The notes under the pieces were generated by a model, which was not told where the DNA came from, made no database searches, and saw only the letters and a program-made list of their open reading frames with translations. 64,000 nucleotides of DNA. Origin: Candidatus Latescibacterota bacterium. Lineage in GTDB: Bacteria; Latescibacterota; UBA2968; UBA8231. The stretch lies in contig CBDFJF010000002.1 in the NCBI GenBank assembly GCA_965248265.1, forward strand, positions 3,456,001 to 3,520,000, written 5' to 3'. This document shows, piece after piece, positions 1 to 8,689 of the stretch. How positions within the stretch are numbered: the stretch's first letter is position 1; each line of letters opens with the position of its first letter. The position numbers were made by a program, and so were the translations under genes.

Positions 1-97
1 TGACCACCCGGAGCCGCAGGAGTTTGAGTTTACGGAGGGGAACGAGAAGGAGCTACACAGCATCGGCTACCGCAATTCCAAGGCGGACGCCAAGGAG

Positions 98-694
98 TTG
101 ATGCCTGACTGGGTGCCCGAAGCCCACAGGCAATCGGCTATTGGGATGATCGTGGCGGGGCAGGATGATTTCGAGGTAGAGGACGAGGACGAGTTGGACC
201 CGGACCCCGCCGCCGCGCAGTCGGCGTTCCTCCTGGATGAGCTTGAAAAGACATGGGACGAAGCGTCGTTCACCGGGCTCGGTAAGAGCGCAGCTGATGC
301 TGTGGGGCTGGACTTCGATGAGGGCGGCTTTACCCGACGACTCGCCCCTGCTTCGGCAGACCTGAATGACCAGCTGGAGACAATGGGGCTGGCGCTGGCC
401 AAGGAGCTACAGGGTGCACGTGCCTCCGACCTCGACCTCAAGACAGCGAAAAAGGCACTGCCGAGACAGACCGACAGCGACGAGCTGGCGAAGCGCAAGT
501 TTAAACGGCTGCGCGAGGCAGCGAGGGTCAAGCGGGAGGAGATGGAACAGGGTATCGACCAGCCTTTAATCATCGGCACTCGGGCGGGCGTTGCTGTTCT
601 GCGCACGGACAAAGACTTGACGGTGGACGATACACGCGAATCCGAAACAGAGGATACGGGCAGTACTAACTTCGATGCGGTTAAGGTTGAGTGA
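98..694 (+). CDS. Phage hypothetical protein, probably 5'-partial
   Basis: 198-aa ORF whose stop overlaps the next start (GTGA); no recognisable motif. Confidence 0.65.
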   Translation: MMPDWVPEAHRQSAIGMIVAGQDDFEVEDEDELDPDPAAAQSAFLLDELEKTWDEASFTGLGKSAADAVGLDFDEGGFTRRLAPASADLNDQLETMGLALAKELQGARASDLDLKTAKKALPRQTDSDELAKRKFKRLREAARVKREEMEQGIDQPLIIGTRAGVAVLRTDKDLTVDDTRESETEDTGSTNFDAVKVE

Positions 695-2763
695 TGGCTA
701 AGATATACCGCTCACTGGAAGAACTTGGACGCGCCGTGATCGCTGCCCGTCCTGACCTGGAAGGCAGAAACCCTGAAGAGGTTGGGCGTCAGGTGGAGCC
801 ACAGCTAACAGGGGGCGACCGTGTGGTGGATGAGTTCGGTGACATCGACATCGGCAATACGGTCGGCAACTTCCCCAGCGATTTTACAGACACCGCAGGG
901 GAAAGCTTCGAGGGGATGAAGGAGGTAGTCGGAAGCCCTATCGAAAAGGGCGTTAAGCCATTCGCCTCACTCGCTCTTGGTGGCGTGTCGGAGTTGGGCA
1001 GGGAGTTTGAAAAGCCGGGGCTGCTTAACACACTCCTGAGCAATCCGAATATGCCGGTGGCACCCCTGATAACCATGCTGGGGAAGGGGCTTGATAAAAT
1101 AGATACCAGTGCCAGTCCGTTCGGTGGCCAACAAACCAGACCCCTGGTGACCGACGAGGACCGCACGCTCGCTCGCACGGCAGCGGCGGATTTCAAAGAG
1201 TCATTCCACCCCGCCAATCTTGAACAGCGTCCAGCCAACGCTCTGGCCAACGCCACGTCGGTGCTGCCGGTCGGGCCAGGGCACATCCAGCGCTTTGGCC
1301 TGTTGAATAAACTGGGTCGCACGGGTAGGGCTGCGTCAAAAGTCGCCAGCGTAGCCTCTCCTGACCTTGCCGTCGAGCAGGCCATCACGCTCTTGCCGCA
1401 GCTGGTGAAAGGCGCAGCCAAGCGAACCCCTGCGGCACTGCGCAAGGTCGCAGGCAACGAGAAGGTGCAGGCCGCACTACGACCGGTCAAGGAGTTCGGC
1501 GATAATCTGAAGGTCGGCGGTCGGAGCTTGAAGGGGGAAGCGGTGCAGTCGGGGCTGGGCATCACGACGGGTCGCTCGCGTGAGTTCATTCACCAGATTT
1601 TCGAGCGGGCCAAGAGCCCTCAGTTCCGTGAGTTCTTTCGCACCGCTCGTAGGATGAGCGAGTCCGACTTGACCCAGAGGTTGCAGGCGCAGGCGTTCAA
1701 GGGGATGGAGAAGCTGCAACAAAAAGCGTCTGACATGTACGAAAAGGGCACTCTCCAATTTTTTGGCAATAAAGGGCGTAATGCGCTCAGGTTACCCGGT
1801 GAGGGGCTACACGACAGCATTATCAACTCGCTGGATAAGGTAGATGTGAAGATCAACCCGAGGACGGGTCGGCTGACCTTTGGCAAATCGGCCATCACAG
1901 CGCTTGGCCCGGCTCGTGGGGTACTACAGCAGGAGCTACGACCCATCCTGCGCCTGCTCAAGGTTAAACAGGGCACGCCAGCGCACATGATTCACCGCCG
2001 CCGTCAGCTGCTTGATGATGCCATCTCAACGCTGTCGCCCGATTCGCAGATCAGCGACACCGCACGCGGGGTGCTCACAGAGATTCGCAAGGGCGTGGCC
2101 GACTACCTTGAAAAGGGACTTGGGGACGAATACGTCACTGCGATGAGGGACTATCGTACGCTGGCCAATCTGCGTACGGAGCTTAACAACAACCTGCGGC
2201 TCGCACCAGGACAGCTGGACAAGCACGGTAACATTGCGGGCAACACACAGGAGCAAGCGCTGCGTGCAATGGAAGGCGCGATTATGCAGTCAGGCACTGG
2301 CTCGAATCGCTTGAAGGCACTGGAACAGCTGGAGCAGGTGAGTGGAGTTAAGGGGATTGTAGACCTGCAGCTGGCTCGATTGGCGCAAAATATCGCAGGT
2401 GGCGGACTCATCGTTCGCAACGAAATTGCGCAAATCGGGCGCTTGGTCTTTGGCGCAGCGTTCACTGGTGGCACGGGGGGCATCAGCGGTGGCCTACTGG
2501 CGTTGCCAGCTGCCACTCTGTTCAGCCCACGATTTGTGTCGGAGTACCTGCTAATTGCGCAGGGTGGAGTGCGGGAGAGTGTCGCGAGGATGTCAGCCGC
2601 GACGAAGGCCAGCCTGCAGCGCAAGGCCAAGCGGGTGTCACGTGCCATGGCGGCGATGGATAAGGCCACTGGCGGCGAGCTGCGCCAGCGTGCTCTACGG
2701 GAGAACTGGAACGTGTCGCAGATGCTGGAACGGTTTGAGATACAGGAGGAGGACGGGGAGTAG
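691..2763 (+). CDS. Large phage protein, possibly internal virion/ejection protein
   Basis: 690-aa Ala/Gly/Leu-rich ORF with a Gly-rich hydrophobic stretch near the C-terminus, directly upstream of the tail fibre; function inferred from position only. Confidence 0.6.
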   Translation: MMAKIYRSLEELGRAVIAARPDLEGRNPEEVGRQVEPQLTGGDRVVDEFGDIDIGNTVGNFPSDFTDTAGESFEGMKEVVGSPIEKGVKPFASLALGGVSELGREFEKPGLLNTLLSNPNMPVAPLITMLGKGLDKIDTSASPFGGQQTRPLVTDEDRTLARTAAADFKESFHPANLEQRPANALANATSVLPVGPGHIQRFGLLNKLGRTGRAASKVASVASPDLAVEQAITLLPQLVKGAAKRTPAALRKVAGNEKVQAALRPVKEFGDNLKVGGRSLKGEAVQSGLGITTGRSREFIHQIFERAKSPQFREFFRTARRMSESDLTQRLQAQAFKGMEKLQQKASDMYEKGTLQFFGNKGRNALRLPGEGLHDSIINSLDKVDVKINPRTGRLTFGKSAITALGPARGVLQQELRPILRLLKVKQGTPAHMIHRRRQLLDDAISTLSPDSQISDTARGVLTEIRKGVADYLEKGLGDEYVTAMRDYRTLANLRTELNNNLRLAPGQLDKHGNIAGNTQEQALRAMEGAIMQSGTGSNRLKALEQLEQVSGVKGIVDLQLARLAQNIAGGGLIVRNEIAQIGRLVFGAAFTGGTGGISGGLLALPAATLFSPRFVSEYLLIAQGGVRESVARMSAATKASLQRKAKRVSRAMAAMDKATGGELRQRALRENWNVSQMLERFEIQEEDGE

Positions 2764-2775
2764 GACTACTATGGA

Positions 2776-4779
2776 GTGCCAAATATAAGTAGGACCAAAA
2801 CGTGGTCGAGTGAGGAAACGCTAACGGCGTCTGATTTAAACGCCGAGTTCGATGGCATCCTCGCCGGGACCAACGACAACAGTCTCGATCAGGACAACCT
2901 CAGCAAGACCGACGACTACACGATGGCCACGATCATCGTGGGGTCGGGTATATCCTCAGCCGATGGGCAGCTCCATGTCCATCTGGCCAGCGCTGGCACT
3001 GTTGCTGCCAATGCTTCCTACAATGATGTCGTCATCGAGAACGACGCCGCCGCTGGGCTCACCTTCCTGACGCCTAACACGGCAGCGGCTGGCATCGTAT
3101 GGGGCGACCCCGAAGACAACGACATCGGCTCCATCCTCTACGATCACGCACAGAACGACTTCGCCTTTACTATCGCCGCGACCGGTGATGTGCTGGTGAT
3201 TTCATCCACGCTGGCCACGCTCAAGGCGCAACTGACGGTCGGCGTCGATGACACCGGCCATGACGTGCAATTCTTCGGGGCTACGGCTGGAGCACATCTG
3301 CTATGGGATGAATCTGCCGACACGCTCAAGCTGGTAGGCGCTGCGAAGACGGACATGCAGGGCACGCTGACGGTGGGGGTTGATGATACAGGTTACGATG
3401 TGCTGTTCTACGGAGCTACATCTGGGCAATTACTACAATGGGACGAGTCTGCCAACAGGTTGGGGGTAGGGTTGGCCCCCACTGATGGGAAGCTACATGT
3501 ACATACAGCGAGTGCAGGTTCTATTACCGCAAATGCTAACGCTGATGAGATAGTAGCAGAAAATAGCGGCCATGCCGGGATCAGCATCTTGTCAGGCAAT
3601 ACATCTGTTGGAAGTCTCTACTTCGGAGACGATGGGGATAATTTGGCCGGGGTGGTGAACTACGACCACAACACGAACATAATGAATGTAGGGACGGTGC
3701 AGGCGTCGGCTGTTACGCGGTTTTATAGTGCTGATGCCAATATAACGATGACACTTGACGCAGATGGTAAAGTCTTGAGTGGGGACGCCTTATCTGCTGG
3801 GGCAAAGACGGGTCTCGGAGGCCGAAATGCCGATTTTCAGATACTGAGCCAAACGGGTGGGTCTGCGGGCATTCAGTTGATGTCTGACAACAGTGGGCCA
3901 TTCATAGATTTTGTAAGCTCTAAGGCGAATGATGTCTTTGCAACATTCAGTAAGGCGAATGATGGAGACCAAGTTGGTAGTCTTAACTTTGGCATAGATG
4001 ATGGCACAGATTATAACAGTCGATGTGCTGAAATTCGCTGCTTAGTTGATGGAACCACAGGCACCAATGATACGCCCGGTAGGCTGTCCTTCCATACTAC
4101 TCCCGATGGGACGCAGGCCGTTGTTGAGCGCATGCGGATTGATAATGCTGGATTTGTAGGCATTGGAGATACTTCGCCAAGCTATCGACTTGAGGTAGCG
4201 ACCAGCACAACAGGAACGCAGGCTTTCAAGGTGGACCATTCCCATGCTACGGGACCGCATGGGATATATCTGCTTTTCTCGGGAGGTAGCCCTGATGACA
4301 ACTCGCAGCAGGCGTTCCAGTTCGCGGACTCAACCACAGCCCGTTGCTATATCTGGTCGGATGGAGACCTTGCCAATCACGACGGGACGTATGGGACAAT
4401 TTCGGATGTAAAATTCAAGCAAGATATTGTTCCCGCCAGATCATATTGGGATGATTTTAAGACGCTCAAATATTCCAAATGGAGGGACATTGATGATGTA
4501 GCTAAAGACCCAGACGCTCCGTATAGGCTTGGTCTTATTGCGCAGGACGTTGAATCAGTTTTCCCCGCGTGCGTTCCAGAGTCTCCAGATTCTGAGTGGT
4601 TTGATAGGGAGGTTACCGAGACGGACGAGGATGGAAACGAATCTACAAGGATAAAAAAGGAGCGCAGAGAAACCTCCACTACCCATAAATGGGTCAAATC
4701 TTCAATCATCGAAGGGCCAATAATGGCAAGAGTTGTGCAAGAGCTACAGGCCCGCGTTGAGGCATTGGAGTCAGCGTGA
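2776..4779 (+). CDS. Phage tail fibre/spike with C-terminal intramolecular chaperone (peptidase S74 type)
   Basis: Gly/Thr/Asp-rich beta repeats, ERMRIDNAGFVGIG motif, C-terminal ISDVKFKQDI...LGLIAQDVESVFP...QELQARVEALE. Confidence 0.9.
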   Translation: MPNISRTKTWSSEETLTASDLNAEFDGILAGTNDNSLDQDNLSKTDDYTMATIIVGSGISSADGQLHVHLASAGTVAANASYNDVVIENDAAAGLTFLTPNTAAAGIVWGDPEDNDIGSILYDHAQNDFAFTIAATGDVLVISSTLATLKAQLTVGVDDTGHDVQFFGATAGAHLLWDESADTLKLVGAAKTDMQGTLTVGVDDTGYDVLFYGATSGQLLQWDESANRLGVGLAPTDGKLHVHTASAGSITANANADEIVAENSGHAGISILSGNTSVGSLYFGDDGDNLAGVVNYDHNTNIMNVGTVQASAVTRFYSADANITMTLDADGKVLSGDALSAGAKTGLGGRNADFQILSQTGGSAGIQLMSDNSGPFIDFVSSKANDVFATFSKANDGDQVGSLNFGIDDGTDYNSRCAEIRCLVDGTTGTNDTPGRLSFHTTPDGTQAVVERMRIDNAGFVGIGDTSPSYRLEVATSTTGTQAFKVDHSHATGPHGIYLLFSGGSPDDNSQQAFQFADSTTARCYIWSDGDLANHDGTYGTISDVKFKQDIVPARSYWDDFKTLKYSKWRDIDDVAKDPDAPYRLGLIAQDVESVFPACVPESPDSEWFDREVTETDEDGNESTRIKKERRETSTTHKWVKSSIIEGPIMARVVQELQARVEALESA

Positions 4780-4982
4780 ACGGCAAGCTGGCCAACGGCA
4801 ACCTGCTTTCGCACTGGGTGCCCATCGGTGCCGTGCTGCTGGCGCTGGGCGCTGCCTTCAGCGTCGGTGCGGTGTACTCGCAGCTGAGCGCAAAGGTAGA
4901 GCTGCACGCCCATCCCGCCATGATGAAAGAGCTGGGCGAGATCAAGGAAATGGTCGCCCGCATAGATGAGAGGACGAAGTAG
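4776..4982 (+). CDS. Small phage membrane protein (one TM plus coiled coil)
   Basis: 68 aa, hydrophobic WVPIGAVLLALGAAFSVGAVY; overlaps the tail fibre stop. Confidence 0.7.
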   Translation: MNGKLANGNLLSHWVPIGAVLLALGAAFSVGAVYSQLSAKVELHAHPAMMKELGEIKEMVARIDERTK

Positions 4983-5273
4983 ATGGCAACCAACGCCAAC
5001 ATCAAGGACGCGCTGACCTTCCCTACGCCAGCGGAGGGCGGCAACCATCCCACCTCTGCGGTCGGGCGCACGATAGACAACACTCAGCTGACCCGCTTCT
5101 CGACCGCCCTGGCCAACACCTACACGTTCGTGGATGACTTGGGGGCACCCCGCGCTGTCACCGCTGACGATGCCGCCGCGTGGTTGTGGAAGGAGGCGGC
5201 AGCCTTTACCAAGACCGACGAGCGCAAGCAGGCTGAGCTGGCCGCTGCGCAACCTGCAGAGCTGGACGCATAA
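4983..5273 (+). CDS. Phage hypothetical protein
   Basis: 96-aa ORF abutting the previous gene, GAGGA upstream. Confidence 0.7.
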   Translation: MATNANIKDALTFPTPAEGGNHPTSAVGRTIDNTQLTRFSTALANTYTFVDDLGAPRAVTADDAAAWLWKEAAAFTKTDERKQAELAAAQPAELDA

Positions 5274-5303
5274 AGGAGGGCATGGGAGTAGAGAGTACCG
5301 TAC

Positions 5304-5522
5304 GTGAGCGAGCAAATTGCTGGATTAGAAAAGGAACTCAACGAGCGCATCAGTGCGCTCGTCAACGCGGATGCCCGCTGTAGCTATCTGCGTGGTAAGC
5401 TGGAGGTGCTGCAGCAACTCAACGGAGAGGATGGAGGGCCAACCTTGTCGGTCACGAGCACCAACCAGGAGGGGGGTGTGACGGCAGCGGTGGTGGATGG
5501 GAGTGAGGAAGCCGATGCGTGA
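5304..5522 (+). CDS. Phage hypothetical coiled-coil protein
   Basis: 72-aa ORF, stop overlaps the next start. Confidence 0.6.
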   Translation: MSEQIAGLEKELNERISALVNADARCSYLRGKLEVLQQLNGEDGGPTLSVTSTNQEGGVTAAVVDGSEEADA

Positions 5523-5701
5523 TAAACTTTTTGATCGAACGTACCAAGTCTCTGGTCAGCAAGAAGCTGGGTGCCGCCGTGGCAGGCGAGGTTATCGTGG
5601 CCACAGCCAACCCCGAGCTGACGGGCTGGCCGCTGATCGCCTACATCATCGTCCAGGGGTTGGTTGACCTAGGTAAGTGCTATATCGAGAAGGGCGAGTG
5701 A
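5519..5701 (+). CDS. Small phage membrane protein, holin-like
   Basis: 60 aa, SKKL followed by two hydrophobic segments. Confidence 0.55.
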   Translation: MINFLIERTKSLVSKKLGAAVAGEVIVATANPELTGWPLIAYIIVQGLVDLGKCYIEKGE

Positions 5702-5711
5702 ACCCTTCGTC

Positions 5712-5894
5712 ATGGAGGCTCGCAAGAAGGTCCGTGAGGGCCAGCGGGATGTTACCACGCTGGTGGTGGGTGCCGTGGTGACCCTGGTGTCCAAGATATT
5801 CGATATCGAGGACCCCGAAGTTACCGGTGCCCTCACCACCCTGCTCATCATCACCTGTCACCGCTCGGTGCCCGACGTAGCCAAGCGCCGCTGA
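5712..5894 (+). CDS. Small phage membrane protein, holin-like
   Basis: 60 aa, two hydrophobic segments and a basic C-terminus. Confidence 0.55.
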   Translation: MEARKKVREGQRDVTTLVVGAVVTLVSKIFDIEDPEVTGALTTLLIITCHRSVPDVAKRR

Positions 5895-5990
5895 TGCGTT
5901 CGTGGTGGGCTTCGTGCTGTTGGGGTGTGGGTGGGGGGTGGTCTATGGGCTGCTTGGGTTGATCGTCCATCAACAGTGGAAGGAACTCAA

Positions 5991-6026
5991 CCGCCCCGTG
6001 AACGCGAGCCCACGGGGCGGCTTGTT
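5991..6026. terminator. Probable bidirectional terminator between phage late genes and integrase
   Basis: CCGCCCCGTG-N10-CACGGGGCGG perfect 10-bp stem between convergent genes. Confidence 0.7.
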
Positions 6027-7135
6027 TACACGCTGGTTATTTGTTCGTCGAAGACCTTGAACTTCTTGGCAATGATGTCGTCTCGGGTGGTCATGTAGCG
6101 GCGGGTCATTTCAATCTTGGCGTGACCCAACAGCCGCTGCACCTCTTCCAGCTTCAGTCCCGACTCACACCAGCGGGTGGCCGCCGTGTGGCGCAGCATG
6201 TGAAAGTGCACGTGGCCGATGCCCGCCGCCTTGCCCGCCGTTTTGAGCGAGCGCTGGATGTTGATGTGGGGCAACGGCGGTAAGTCGCGCTGGTTGGAGA
6301 GGGCCAGCGCCGCCCGTTCGCGCAGCGCTTCGCGCACCCGGCTGGTCATGGGCACGTGGCGCTCGCGCCCGGTCTTGGTCCCCTTGCCATCCCAGGAGTC
6401 GTTGACCAGGATGCGGTTGCCCTCAAAATCTACCTTCTCCCAGGTCAAACTCATCAGCTCGCCGCGCCGCAAGCCGGTATCGACGGCCACCATGGCGATC
6501 AGGTGGGCATGGGGGCTGTCCTCGTTGCCTGCAAGCTGGGCCAACAGCTGGGCTGTTTGCTGTTCGGTCAGCGCCCGCGCCTCCACGTCCATGTAGTCGG
6601 GCTCGCGCTGCCGCTGCAGGCAGCGGGGGCCTGCCGGGTTGGTGCGGATGAGCTTTTTCTTATAACACCAGCCAAACAGGGCCGCCAAGCATGTTACCAT
6701 GGTATTGTAGGCCGAGGCGGACAGCTCCTGGTCTGGGTCTTTGAGGGGTTCCTGCTCATCCAACCAGTCCTGCAGGCGGGGGGTCGTCAACGAGCGCAGC
6801 TGCGTGGTGCCCAGCTGCGGCAGCAAGCGAGCGCTGAAGAAGTAGCGGTACGAACTCCAGGTGATGGGCCGCCACTGGTCGTACTCCTTCTCGAAGCGCA
6901 CCAGGGCTTGGGCCACGGTGATGGAGGATTCGCTGACAAACTCGCCCTTGTGCTCCAGCTCGTCGTTGATCTGGCGGGCCACGCGGGTGGCCCCGGTGAC
7001 ACTCATGCACTCGGTGTTGTGCTGGCGCTTGCGCCCGCCGTCGCGCCAGTGGGCCTGCCACACCCCCGTGCCCTTCGACTGCTTGAGGCGGACCCGGCCC
7101 ACACGGTGGGCTTCGGGTTGCTTATCCTGCCCCAT
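6026..7135 (-). CDS. int: Phage tyrosine integrase
   Basis: TGLRRGEL, TKTG, HMLRH, LGH, TRRY catalytic motifs and an N-terminal arm-binding-like segment; start moved to ATG 7135, which follows AGGAGG. Confidence 0.95.
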   Translation of the reverse strand: MGQDKQPEAHRVGRVRLKQSKGTGVWQAHWRDGGRKRQHNTECMSVTGATRVARQINDELEHKGEFVSESSITVAQALVRFEKEYDQWRPITWSSYRYFFSARLLPQLGTTQLRSLTTPRLQDWLDEQEPLKDPDQELSASAYNTMVTCLAALFGWCYKKKLIRTNPAGPRCLQRQREPDYMDVEARALTEQQTAQLLAQLAGNEDSPHAHLIAMVAVDTGLRRGELMSLTWEKVDFEGNRILVNDSWDGKGTKTGRERHVPMTSRVREALRERAALALSNQRDLPPLPHINIQRSLKTAGKAAGIGHVHFHMLRHTAATRWCESGLKLEEVQRLLGHAKIEMTRRYMTTRDDIIAKKFKVFDEQITSV

Positions 7136-7363
7136 GATGTATGTTCCTCCTGTTGTGAAAAGCGACCCCGTTGGGGGCTCGCCGTTGACGCTAACACGAA
7201 TCAATATACGATGAAAAAAGCCCGAGCGCATCAAAAAAACTGCCGAATTGCTCCCGTTTCCACCGTGCGTCTCTCTCTGAGGGCCATTGCGCCAGGGCAT
7301 GAAGTGGCTATGGGGCAGGCAGGTGATAAGTGACTGTGTTTCATCTGGTTTACAGAGGTTGGA

Positions 7364-7438
7364 GCGGGAGTAGCTCAGGGGCAGAGCACGAGCTTCCCAA
7401 GCTTGATGTCGCGGGTTCGACTCCCGTCTCCCGCTCCA
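7364..7438 (+). tRNA. tRNA-Gly(CCC)
   Basis: Acceptor stem GCGGGAG/CTCCCGC, anticodon arm CGAGC-TTCCCAA-GCTTG, T-loop GGTTCGACTCC, encoded CCA. Confidence 0.95.
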
Positions 7439-7499
7439 GTAATTCTCCTTCGATGTATTTCATCCCAGTGCCCTACCTCCCTCTCGTTGAGAGCCTGTC

Positions 7500-8657
7500 G
7501 TGAACACGATTCGATCGCTAATGCGCACCGTGATGGTGTTGTCGGCTGTGGTTACAGGATGTGGACCGAAGCAGCTGCCTCCCGAGTCGCCGCTGGATAC
7601 GCCAGAAGCGCACTACCGGACCGGTCTTGACCGCTTTGAGCGTGGTGACTTGTGGATTGCCGAAGCCGAGTTTGAGCGTGCACGGGGTCTGGACCCGGAC
7701 TTTCCCGGCGTCTTTGTGGGCAGTGCATTGATCGCCATGAGCCGGGAGGATTACTGGCAAGCGTACCAGGAATTGGAGCAGGCGATCCACAAGGACAAGT
7801 CCTTCACCGACGCCTACATCGTCCGCGGGAGAGTCGCGGCAGCAGAGGGCGTTGGCAAGGGAATCTCGGTAGACGCCTGGCTGCCGATTGCGCTAAAGGC
7901 ATACCAACAGGCGGCCAAGCTCAACCCAGAGCGCCCCGATATCTATTTCCATCGCGGCAGGACGCTGTTGAAGGCCAACGAGCTCGAATCCGCCCGGATG
8001 TCGTTCACCGAGGTGATAAAGCTCAACAAGGGTCCGTTGGTGAAGGAGGCCATGGTCGAGGTGGAACGCATTCAGGCGATAGAGCGTGCCAGCCCGGGCT
8101 CGAAGTTGGGGATCAAAATCGCCCTCGTTGACGAGATTACAAGGGCAGAACTGGCGGTACTGTTACTGGAGGAATTGCAGCTCGCCGAGCTCATAGAGCA
8201 GAGAGGTCGGGGTGCTCCAGCAAGACCTCCCTTCGCGCCTCCGGGTCCGGAATCACAGGCCAACGTCCACCCGGTGGATGCCGTCACTTCGTGGGCGCGA
8301 CCATGGATAGAAGAAGTACTGGCGCTGGGTGTTCCCGGGTTCGAGCTGATGCCTGACCAGACCTTCCGGCCCGATGAGCCCGTTACCCGAGCTAACTACG
8401 CCCGAGTGACCGCAGGGATTCTTACGTTGATAACCGGGGATCCCGAGTTGGCAACCATGTACGTCGGAAATACGTCGACGTTCCCGGACGTGCGGAGTGA
8501 TTCATACGCCTTCAATGCGATCGCCCTCAACGTCGATCGGGGCATCATCTCCGTGGACAAAGTCAGCGGCCGCTTTCGGCCAAATGATACCGTCACGGGT
8601 GCAGAGGCATTGCTTATTGTCCGGGAGCTACAAAACGCGGTGCGCATGGAGTTTTGA
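7500..8657 (+). CDS. TPR-repeat lipoprotein with C-terminal SLH domains
   Basis: Lipobox VTGC, TPR helices, SLH-type motifs FRPDEPVTRA and FRPNDTVTGAE. Confidence 0.85.
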   Translation: MNTIRSLMRTVMVLSAVVTGCGPKQLPPESPLDTPEAHYRTGLDRFERGDLWIAEAEFERARGLDPDFPGVFVGSALIAMSREDYWQAYQELEQAIHKDKSFTDAYIVRGRVAAAEGVGKGISVDAWLPIALKAYQQAAKLNPERPDIYFHRGRTLLKANELESARMSFTEVIKLNKGPLVKEAMVEVERIQAIERASPGSKLGIKIALVDEITRAELAVLLLEELQLAELIEQRGRGAPARPPFAPPGPESQANVHPVDAVTSWARPWIEEVLALGVPGFELMPDQTFRPDEPVTRANYARVTAGILTLITGDPELATMYVGNTSTFPDVRSDSYAFNAIALNVDRGIISVDKVSGRFRPNDTVTGAEALLIVRELQNAVRMEF

Positions 8658-8689
8658 ACCAGGTACTACCCGTTCCCTCTAACCTCAAC

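Larger units (their letters stand above)
1..7363. mobile_element. Prophage, right end (continues beyond the left edge of the window)
   Basis: Co-oriented tightly packed ORFs including a tail fibre with an S74 chaperone domain and small membrane ORFs, then a convergent tyrosine integrase adjoining a tRNA gene. Confidence 0.9.

Noticed and set aside
2776-5990. Diversity-generating retroelement acting on the tail fibre
   Set aside because: No reverse transcriptase or adenine-variant TR/VR pair in the window; the C-terminus is an S74 chaperone.
5881-6060. Possible extra hydrophobic micro-ORF after the last phage late gene
   Set aside because: No clear start or RBS, and it would run through the terminator into the integrase 3' end.
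7136-7300. 55-aa N-terminal extension of the integrase in the ORF track
   Set aside because: A strong AGGAGG precedes ATG 7135; the extension runs through probable promoter/att DNA.
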